From an uncultured bacterium (GTDB lineage: Bacteria; Margulisbacteria; WOR-1; CAVSGV01), in contig OY969425.1 of assembly GCA_963699255.1 (NCBI GenBank), positions 1,200,001-1,232,000 on the forward strand: a DNA stretch of 32,000 bases, read 5' to 3'. A program made the translations under genes and the position numbers. The notes under the pieces were generated by a model. That model did not search any database. It saw nothing but the letters and a program-made list of their open reading frames with translations, and was not told where the DNA came from. Each line of letters begins with the position of its first letter. Position 1 is the first letter of the stretch. Positions 1-7,419 of the stretch are shown here, piece after piece.

Positions 1-95
1 CCACACGGAAATCATCGACACTGAGATAAAGATACCCGGCGCTTAAGGCAAAAGCCGTCGGCTTCCGCGATGTAGTTGACGCTAACGGCAACAAC

Positions 96-482
96 GTGAT
101 CGCAAGCTTCGACGACGGTCATCCGGCCGTGATCGAGAGCCGCATCGGCAAAGGCAAAGTAATATACGCAGCTTTCAGCCTGTTCCTTTCCATATTGAAC
201 GACGAGAACAAGGAACTTATTAATTTGATAAGAAAACACGTCCCGGAGCCGGAGATAAAGATAACGAATTCAGACCAGGTTGAAATGACCGTCCTGAACG
301 GCGATAAGACCGTTCTGTACATCATCAACCACTCGAATGCTGCACAGTCTCCCATTATCAAATTGCCCAGAAAATACAAAGGAGCCAAGGACATATTGAA
401 CGGGGGCTCTCATACCGCATCGGAGGGCTCCATGTTCCTTGAACTGAAGAGCGCCGATGTAAAGGTGCTGGCTCTGGAATGA
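96..482 (+). CDS. C-terminal fragment of a GH42-type beta-galactosidase-like protein (trimerisation region plus C-terminal beta-sandwich); the 5' part is missing or disrupted
   Basis: 128-aa ORF with a GTG start. The segment VIASFDDGHPAVIESRIGKGKVIYAAFS and the tail VLYIINHSN...VKVLALE resemble the GH42 M and C domains. The same frame is open back to nt 30 and is preceded by an in-frame TAA at 27-29. A different frame is open from the window edge to a stop at 44-46. The true 5' boundary is therefore unclear. Confidence 0.4.
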   Translation: MIASFDDGHPAVIESRIGKGKVIYAAFSLFLSILNDENKELINLIRKHVPEPEIKITNSDQVEMTVLNGDKTVLYIINHSNAAQSPIIKLPRKYKGAKDILNGGSHTASEGSMFLELKSADVKVLALE

Positions 483-487
483 AGAAC

Positions 488-540
488 CCGACACTAAAGT
501 GTCGGTTAAATTAACCGCGACTTCAGTCGCGGGTTTCGAA
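488..540 (+). terminator. Two tandem stem-loops after the GH42-like ORF; the second is GC-rich and followed by a short T-rich tract
   Basis: Hairpin 1 is CCGACAC-TAAA-GTGTCGG (488-505). Hairpin 2 is CCGCGAC-TTCA-GTCGCGG (515-532), followed by GTTTCGAATTT. They lie between the stop at 480-482 and the RBS (AGAAAGGA) of the next gene. Confidence 0.45.
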
Positions 541-550
541 TTTAGAAAGG

Positions 551-2914
551 ATGATAAAGTTGAAGTACGGTTATTTTGATAACAAGGAAAAAGAATATGT
601 GATAACAAGGCCCGACACGCCGCTCCCGTGGATAAATTACCTGGGGTGCGAGGATTACTGCGCCCTGATGTCAAATACGGCGGGAGGCTACAGCTTTTAC
701 AAGGACGCGAAAGAGCGCAGGCTCACCCGGTACAGGTACAACAATATCCCCATGGACAGGGGCGGAAGATACATATATATAATGGATAACAGCTCAAAGG
801 ATTTCTGGTCCGCTTCCTGGCAGCCGGTCCTGAAAGATACCGCAAAATACAAATACGAATGCCGCCACGGCCTTGGCTACACGGTGATAACTTCTGTTTA
901 TTCGGGCGTAAGAACAAAGACGACCTACTTTGTCCCTCTCGGTGAGAACCTGGAAGTCTGGATGATGGAGATAAAGAACGAAACAAAGAAAATAAGGAAC
1001 CTGACGGTCACCTCTTTCGTGGAATTCTGCCTCTGGGACGCTTTGAACGACATGACCGATTATCAGTACAATCTTAATATCGGGGAAACCGTCTACAAGG
1101 ATAATATCATTTATCATCTCTCGCGCTACAGGGTGGAGAAAAAATACTTCGCCTACCACACCTGCGCGAACGCGAAAGCGGACAGCTTTGACAGCGACAG
1201 GACCGCGTTCCTGGGCTCCTACGGGTCCCTCTCCTGCCCCGCCGCCGTAGAGCGCGGAAAGGGCTCGAATTCGATAGCAAGCGGATGGTCTCCCGTGGCA
1301 AGCCAGTTCATGAACATCAAACTAAAACCGGGAGAGACAAAAACGCTGATATTCCTCCTCGGCTACAGCGAGAAAAAGGACGACATCTCCCGAATCGTAA
1401 AGAAGTTCAAAACGGAAGCATCAGTATTGAATGAGCTTAAGGCGCTTAAAAAATACTGGGATGAGAACCTGAGCCATTTCTCCGCGGAAACGGAAGACCC
1501 TGACGTGAACTCTATGGTGAACATATGGAACCAGTACCAGGCAAGGACCACGTTCAACTGGTCAAGGTCCGCGTCCTATTACGAGTCCGGCATAGGCAGA
1601 GGCATGGGGTTCAGGGATTCGAACCAGGACACCCTGGGGTTCGTGCACCAGATACCCGAAAAGGTAAAGTCCAGGATAGTCGATCTCGCGAGCACGCAAT
1701 TTGATGAAGGCAACGCCCTCCACCAGTATTCGCCGTTGACAAAAAAAGCGATTAGCAATGAAAAGAATTACAGCGACGACCACCTCTGGCTGATCTTCTC
1801 GGTGGCGGGCTATGTCAAGGAGACCGGAGATACCGCGTTCCTGGACAGGCTGGTGCCGTACGCCTCCGGAAATGAAGCCTCGATGTACGATCATCTTGCC
1901 AAAGCCATCGACTATACGATGAAAAATCTCGGGCCGCACGATCTGCCGTTGATGTTCTTCGCGGACTGGAACGACTGCCTTAACCTGGGCGGTGTAAAGA
2001 ACAAAGCCGAATCAGTAATGGTGGCGCAAATGCTCGTTGCCGCCGCGCTGGAGATGTCAAATCTGGCAAAGATCTCCGGAAGGTCAAAGGATGAAAGTAA
2101 ATATATCAGCATAGCCGGGGGCATGAAAGAAGCCATCAATAAGTACGCCTGGGACGGGAGCTGGTACCTGAGGGGCTTTACGGATGACGAAGAGCCCGTG
2201 GGTTCTTCCAGGTGCAAGGAAGGGCAGATATTCCTTGAAACTCAGCCATGGGCCGTGATATCAGGGACTGCCGAAGGCGAGAGGGCCAAAAAATGCATGG
2301 ACTCCGTAAAGAAAAACCTGGCGACGGAATACGGGATAATGATCCTCACTCCTTCGTATTCACAATTCCATCCCGAGCTCGGCTCCATATCGATCTATCC
2401 TCCGGGGTTGAAAGAGAACGGCGCCATTTTCTGCCACCCGAATCCGTGGGCGATGATAGCCGAGTGCATGATCGGCAGGGGCAACCAGGCTTTTGAATAC
2501 TACAAGGCGATACTTCCGGCGACAAAGAACAATATCCCCGACATACATAGGGTCGAGCCTTACATATATTGTCAGATGATAGCCGGGCGCGACCACAAGA
2601 ACTTCGGCGAAGGAAAGAACAGCTGGCTGACTGGAACGGCCGCGTGGAACTTTGTAGCGATATCGAACTGGATACTCGGGATAAGGGCCGAGTACGGCGG
2701 GCTGCTTATCGATCCTTGCATACCCAATAAGTGGAAAGGCTTTTCAGTAAAGCGCTATTTCAGGGGAAGCAATTACTTTATAACCGTGCGTAACCCGAAA
2801 CACATATGCAAAGGGGTCAAGCAGGTAATGCTTGACGGCAAGCCGATAAAGGGAAATCTTATACCTGCTTCTAAGGACAAAAAAGACCACCATGTTGAGG
2901 TTGAATTAGGGTAA
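551..2914 (+). CDS. GH94 cellobiose (or chitobiose/cellodextrin) phosphorylase
   Basis: 787 aa. The N-terminus YGYFDNKEKEYVITRPDTPLPWINYLG is typical of cellobiose phosphorylases, as are the overall length and the internal RDSNQD, QPWAV and NPWA motifs. An AGAAAGGA RBS lies upstream. Confidence 0.9.
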   Translation: MIKLKYGYFDNKEKEYVITRPDTPLPWINYLGCEDYCALMSNTAGGYSFYKDAKERRLTRYRYNNIPMDRGGRYIYIMDNSSKDFWSASWQPVLKDTAKYKYECRHGLGYTVITSVYSGVRTKTTYFVPLGENLEVWMMEIKNETKKIRNLTVTSFVEFCLWDALNDMTDYQYNLNIGETVYKDNIIYHLSRYRVEKKYFAYHTCANAKADSFDSDRTAFLGSYGSLSCPAAVERGKGSNSIASGWSPVASQFMNIKLKPGETKTLIFLLGYSEKKDDISRIVKKFKTEASVLNELKALKKYWDENLSHFSAETEDPDVNSMVNIWNQYQARTTFNWSRSASYYESGIGRGMGFRDSNQDTLGFVHQIPEKVKSRIVDLASTQFDEGNALHQYSPLTKKAISNEKNYSDDHLWLIFSVAGYVKETGDTAFLDRLVPYASGNEASMYDHLAKAIDYTMKNLGPHDLPLMFFADWNDCLNLGGVKNKAESVMVAQMLVAAALEMSNLAKISGRSKDESKYISIAGGMKEAINKYAWDGSWYLRGFTDDEEPVGSSRCKEGQIFLETQPWAVISGTAEGERAKKCMDSVKKNLATEYGIMILTPSYSQFHPELGSISIYPPGLKENGAIFCHPNPWAMIAECMIGRGNQAFEYYKAILPATKNNIPDIHRVEPYIYCQMIAGRDHKNFGEGKNSWLTGTAAWNFVAISNWILGIRAEYGGLLIDPCIPNKWKGFSVKRYFRGSNYFITVRNPKHICKGVKQVMLDGKPIKGNLIPASKDKKDHHVEVELG

Positions 2915-3058
2915 GGGGCTATCAAGGGATAATAAAACGAATCAGCGAATGATAAACTGATATATTCGTTTATTGCTGCTTCATTCGTTGATAGATGGAG
3001 CCCACGGCCCAGTTCGAATCTTTCTTGTGGAGTAAACTAAAGTTCGAACGGTTAAGTT

Positions 3059-3849
3059 ATGGTAGGTTTATTTAAAATAACGCCAACGTTTAAATATATC
3101 ATTGTTTTAATGATAATTGTTTTACTGGGTTGGTTTATTATTGGCATGAGTTTGTATAAGTATATTTTAGTGATTGGGATTTCTTCGTGGCAAGATGTAG
3201 CAGCAGTTTCAAACGTTTTACTCCTTGTGGCCGCAATCTATGGGCTTAAACAAATAGCAGTTGCAAGAAATACACTAAAAATAAATTCAAAAAGAGATGC
3301 TTGCAAAATAGCCGCAGATCAATGCAATTTAACATTTAAAGGAATAATATTGCCTTTATATAAAAAGTTGGTTGCGGAAATAAGGAAAAATAAAGTTACA
3401 TTTTTGAGAAGTGGGATATTGAAGTTTCGGGGAAGAAAATTACTTGCAGAACTAAAAAAGGAGAGAAAATCCGAAAGGCTGATATTGATTATTTAATTAA
3501 ATCAAAATATTTTGCGGATTTATTAAATTCAATGGAGGGATACGCTGTATATTATAAGTGTGGAATTGCAGATGAGTATGTTGGGTATCAAACTACCGGA
3601 AAATCATATTGTGAGATATTTAAGGAGTACCTTCCTTATATTATTTCTAGTATGAAAAATGGCTTTTATAAAAACGCCTCTTGGTTGTTTCTATTTTGGC
3701 ATGCTAGGGTTTTAAAGGAAGAGATGGGGAGGAGAATTAAAGAGGTGGGTTCTAAGATTGATACGGCAAGCAAAGAATATCAAGAGCTTCGAAAGGGATA
3801 TTCAGAATTAGAATATCCTCCGATAAAGAAGCCTATTGGATGTGAGTAA
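3059..3849 (+). pseudogene. Small membrane-anchored protein gene split by a single-nucleotide frameshift (ORFs 3059-3496 and 3532-3849); loosely resembles DUF4760-type proteins
   Basis: The frame of the second ORF is open upstream to nt 3394, just after a TAA at 3391-3393. There it reads protein-like sequence (SYIFEKWDIEVSGKKITCRTKKGEKIRKADIDYLIKSKYFADLLNS-MEGYAVYY). The first ORF's tail after the A-rich run at about 3385-3395 looks like low-complexity read-through. The region is very AT-rich. The N-terminus has two TM helices. Confidence 0.5.
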
Positions 3850-4022
3850 TAATATATATCCCCTTAGTCAGCCTCATATTTTGCTGTTTTCTGTATGATT
3901 TCCCCTTGAGTTGGCGCAAATTTCTGGAAGGGGTGCACAAAAACTCATCCATATCACATATTTGACACAGTTTTTTGCATTGCAAATACCCTAGTCAACA
4001 CTTATGAAAGCATTTTCAATAA

Positions 4023-4031
4023 TGGTATAAT
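4023..4031 (+). promoter_or_regulatory. Extended -10 promoter element (TGGTATAAT) upstream of histidine kinase 1
   Basis: TGgTATAAT lies at 4023-4031, 47 nt before the ATG at 4079. The -35 is weak (TATGAA). The same TGnTAnAAT architecture recurs at other intergenic gaps in this window. Confidence 0.35.
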
Positions 4032-4078
4032 CATTCCCGAATCAAACATATGTAAGATTTAGGGGAAATATAGGAACC

Positions 4079-6142
4079 ATGCTTTTAACATTGTATTCAA
4101 TTTTAACATTTTCCGTAGCAATACTGAGCTTCATAATCGGCCTGTTTGTCGTTATAAACCGCAGGAACACTCTGAACATTCTATGGTTCATGCTTTGCAT
4201 AACCATAGCCGGCTGGAACCTCGGATATTTCTTTACCATGGTTCCAGGGATAAGTTATGAAAATGCGCTGCTGTCAAGCAGACTGTCACACGCAAGTGGC
4301 ATACTGATAGCGTCATTTTTCTTTACTTTTACCCTGGTCTTTCTCGGCTTGATAAAAGAGAAAATGCCTCAGCTTATATTAGCGCATATTATTACCGTAA
4401 TACTCGTGGGGTTGTGTCTTACTCCCTTTGTAGTTACAAGTCTTGTCCCAAAAATGTTCATGCCGCTTTATCCTGTCGGGAAAATCGGTTATGCTTTATA
4501 TATAACAAATTTCCTCGCCTGGGTTATTTACTCGCATTATTTGTATATCACAAGTTACAAAAGATTAAATGGCTCACAGCAGGCTCAGATAAAATATTTT
4601 TTGCTGGGCACAGTGATCGGCTTTTTTGGCGGTTGCAACTGCTTCCCGCTTATTTTCAATATTCCCATCTCCCCGATAGCAAGTCTTTTGATCATTGTTT
4701 ATCCATTCACAACTGCCTACGCAATATTAAAACATCGCCTCATGGATATCGAATTTGTTATTAAGCGTAGCTTTGTTTATTCTGTTTTAACCGCTCTGAT
4801 CATCGGGATCTATACTCTTATAATATTTATCTCTCAGGAGTTTTTCGTAAATCTTATCGGCCTTAGATGGCTACTCATTCTCATCGGTTCGGCCCTGATC
4901 GCTATCGGCTTCAAACCTCTTGAGCTTGCATTTACCAATTTTACCGACAAATATTTTTTCAAGGCCAAATATGATTATCAAAAAACCTTAAAAGAGCTGA
5001 GCCGGGCCGCAAGATCTATCCTAGAAATAGATGAGCTCCTTAACAAAGTAACAATGTCTATTGTCGAAACTATCAAGGTAAAGAATGTATTAATCTATGT
5101 ACTTGATAAGAAAAACGGCCAGTTTTTACTGCATAAATCAGTAATTGCTCCTCAACAAAAGATACTGGAGAACAACGCAGGTATAGTTAAGAGCTTAATT
5201 GAAAAGAAAGAAGTCATAATAAACGACGGATCAATTAAGCTTTCCGAAGATGCCGCCGGTTTTATCAGAAAAACAGGCGTTGCTCTGATATTTCCGGTGC
5301 TTTTCAAAGATGAACTTGTCGGCATCTTTTGCCTTGGAGAAAAACTGTCCGGAGATATATACGGCAGTGAAGATATCGATCTTTTGACGACGTTATGCGA
5401 TCAGATAGGAATATCCATAAAGAACTCGATGCTTTCGGAAGAAGCGATAGAAACCCAAAAACAGCTTTACCAGGCGGATAAGCTGGCAACGATCGGCACG
5501 CTCGCGGCCGGTCTTGTCCATGAGATAAAGAACCCTTTGACCGCGATAAAAGGCTTTTCGCAGCTGATTGATAAGGCATTTGAGGAACAAGACAAAGATG
5601 CCATCAAAGATTATAAGGGAGTTATGTCCAGACAGCTTGACAGGATCAGCGAAATCGTGGAAAAGCTGCTCAATTTAAGCAAGCCGAGCAAACTTGAGAA
5701 ACAAAAGATAGATATTAACAGCGTTCTGGAAGACATTATCAAACTTATCGGCAAGCAGGCCTCAAGCCAGCACGTACAGATCGTTAAAGATCTTAATGCG
5801 ACATCAGAAATGATCGCTGATCCCGGACAGCTCACACAGGCGTTCCTTAATCTGATATTGAACGGGATCCAGGCAATGCCAAATGGGGGCACGCTTCAAA
5901 TAAAAACAAAAGAAGCAGGTCCTGAACGGATAACTGTAGAGATAATCGACAGCGGGACAGGTATTTCAAAGGATAAGCTGGAGAAGATATTCGATCCATT
6001 CTATACAACCAAAGAAAGCGGTGTTGGGCTTGGATTGGCCGTTACGAAGAAAATAATTGACGATCACAAAGGGAAAATTGAAGTCAAAAGCGAGGAAGGA
6101 AAAGGAACCACTTTCACGATCCTTCTCCCGATCAATCCCTAG
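4079..6142 (+). CDS. Sensor histidine kinase: N-terminal 7TM sensor, GAF domain, HisKA, HATPase_c
   Basis: 687 aa. About 7 predicted TM helices occupy the first ~290 aa. A GAF-like block is present (ALIFPVLFKDELVGIFCLGEKLSGDIYGSEDIDLL). The H-box is HEIKNPLTAIKG, the N-box is NLILNGIQAM, and G-boxes are DSGTGI and GVGLGLA. Confidence 0.9.
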   Translation: MLLTLYSILTFSVAILSFIIGLFVVINRRNTLNILWFMLCITIAGWNLGYFFTMVPGISYENALLSSRLSHASGILIASFFFTFTLVFLGLIKEKMPQLILAHIITVILVGLCLTPFVVTSLVPKMFMPLYPVGKIGYALYITNFLAWVIYSHYLYITSYKRLNGSQQAQIKYFLLGTVIGFFGGCNCFPLIFNIPISPIASLLIIVYPFTTAYAILKHRLMDIEFVIKRSFVYSVLTALIIGIYTLIIFISQEFFVNLIGLRWLLILIGSALIAIGFKPLELAFTNFTDKYFFKAKYDYQKTLKELSRAARSILEIDELLNKVTMSIVETIKVKNVLIYVLDKKNGQFLLHKSVIAPQQKILENNAGIVKSLIEKKEVIINDGSIKLSEDAAGFIRKTGVALIFPVLFKDELVGIFCLGEKLSGDIYGSEDIDLLTTLCDQIGISIKNSMLSEEAIETQKQLYQADKLATIGTLAAGLVHEIKNPLTAIKGFSQLIDKAFEEQDKDAIKDYKGVMSRQLDRISEIVEKLLNLSKPSKLEKQKIDINSVLEDIIKLIGKQASSQHVQIVKDLNATSEMIADPGQLTQAFLNLILNGIQAMPNGGTLQIKTKEAGPERITVEIIDSGTGISKDKLEKIFDPFYTTKESGVGLGLAVTKKIIDDHKGKIEVKSEEGKGTTFTILLPINP

Positions 6143-6187
6143 AGTGTTCTCCCTCCACCTCTCTCTTTATTACTTTATTCCCCTTAT

Positions 6188-6216
6188 TTGACACTCATTT
6201 TTGTGTGTGGGATAAT
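6188..6216 (+). promoter_or_regulatory. Near-consensus sigma70-type promoter TTGACA-N17-(TGG)GATAAT
   Basis: TTGACA is at 6188-6193 with a 17-nt spacer. TGG is at 6208-6210, followed by GATAAT at 6211-6216. The ATG at 6223 begins 7 nt after the -10 and has no Shine-Dalgarno sequence. Confidence 0.5.
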
Positions 6217-6222
6217 AAAATC

Positions 6223-7419
6223 ATGAGGTTAGCAATTACCGGCGCCACAGGACTTCTTGGCAGGAATTTGCTTTTTGAGATACTAAAGCAGAACATCAAT
6301 AATCTTGATAATCTAGAAATCCTCGTCTTCAGCAGGCCAAAAAATGAACTCTCACACGCTGAACGAATAGAAGAAATACTCCTGAACGACGGATTACAAT
6401 ATATCGGATGTTCCAAAGACAAACTTAGCGATCTGCTTAAATCGATCATACCGATCTATTTTGACCTTTCAAAAGACAATCTTGCTATTTCCAATGACGG
6501 CTTCTATTTGCTAAATAAGAATCCGATAGACTGTTTTTTCCATATAGCCGCTCTAACAGATTTCCGGCATGAAAAACAAGTTGAGGAACAACTGCAAAAA
6601 ATAAATGTGCTGGGAACAAAAAAAATCACTGAACTTATATCCCAGCTGCACGTAAAACAAGCCGCTTATGTCGGATCAGCCTATTCATGCGGCAAAGCCA
6701 CAGGAAAGGTAATGCCTGATTATATTAATCTCAATGAGGGATTCAGAAATCCATATGAAAAATCCAAGCTTGAGGCGGAAATCCTCTTCAGGAATTTTGC
6801 CAAAGATAAAAAACTTAAACACAAAATATTCCGGCCGGCCACGATATGCGGAAGATTGATCGAAAATCCGATCGGCAGTATAAATAAGTTTGATGTCTTT
6901 TACGGCTGGGCAGCTTTCTTTTTGCGTTACAAATTAAAACACATCAAATCAATAAGCAATCTTTACAGCGAATCTTTTAACATGCCTATAAGGTTAGCCA
7001 TAAACAAAAAGAGCGGATTGAATATCGTTCCAGCGGATTTCGCAGGAAAGATCATATATTCCGTATTTGCGCGCGATGAAAAAGACGTCAGCTATCATCT
7101 TGCAAATGACAAGGAGACTCCGCATTCTCTATATATCGATCAGATCCTCACCGGCCTCAACATTTCCGGGTACAGTTTCGTCGACAAAGAACCTTCGGAT
7201 CAATCTGTGATCGAGAAGTTCCATTATAAGACCGTCGGACAGATCTTTGCGCCATATACGCTCTCTAATTCGATCACTTTCGATGTAAGCAACTTAAAAC
7301 CATTGCAGCGGAAGATAGCACTGGAATGCCCTCCGGTAAACGAGGAAAATTTCTCAAAACTATTAAAATTCGCGATAAAACATAATTTTGGTTTACAAAT
7401 AAACACGGAGACAAAATGA
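6223..7419 (+). CDS. SDR-family NAD(P)-binding protein, thioester-reductase / fatty-acyl reductase-like (NAD_binding_4 type)
   Basis: MRLAITGATGLLGRNLL is a Rossmann GxxGxxG motif at the N-terminus. YEKSKLEAE is a YxxxK catalytic motif. The protein is about 400 aa. I prefer the ATG at 6223 over the track's GTG at 6205, because 6205 lies inside the promoter spacer. Confidence 0.7.
   Translation: MRLAITGATGLLGRNLLFEILKQNINNLDNLEILVFSRPKNELSHAERIEEILLNDGLQYIGCSKDKLSDLLKSIIPIYFDLSKDNLAISNDGFYLLNKNPIDCFFHIAALTDFRHEKQVEEQLQKINVLGTKKITELISQLHVKQAAYVGSAYSCGKATGKVMPDYINLNEGFRNPYEKSKLEAEILFRNFAKDKKLKHKIFRPATICGRLIENPIGSINKFDVFYGWAAFFLRYKLKHIKSISNLYSESFNMPIRLAINKKSGLNIVPADFAGKIIYSVFARDEKDVSYHLANDKETPHSLYIDQILTGLNISGYSFVDKEPSDQSVIEKFHYKTVGQIFAPYTLSNSITFDVSNLKPLQRKIALECPPVNEENFSKLLKFAIKHNFGLQINTETK

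Noticed and set aside
3001-3030. GTTCGAATC motif (3012-3020) resembling a tRNA T-loop, possibly a tRNA-derived attachment site at the edge of the AT-rich patch
   Set aside because: The flanking bases do not form a T-stem or an acceptor stem, and no cloverleaf can be drawn. A second GTTCGAAC nearby is just a short palindrome. No matching direct repeat was found at the other end of the patch.
4061-4078. An 11-mer, AATATAGGAAC, shared between the kinase 1 leader (4067-4077) and the left arm of the 13189-13348 inverted repeat (13192-13202)
   Set aside because: A single 11-nt match is expected many times by chance among all position pairs in a 32-kb window. There is no extended similarity around it.
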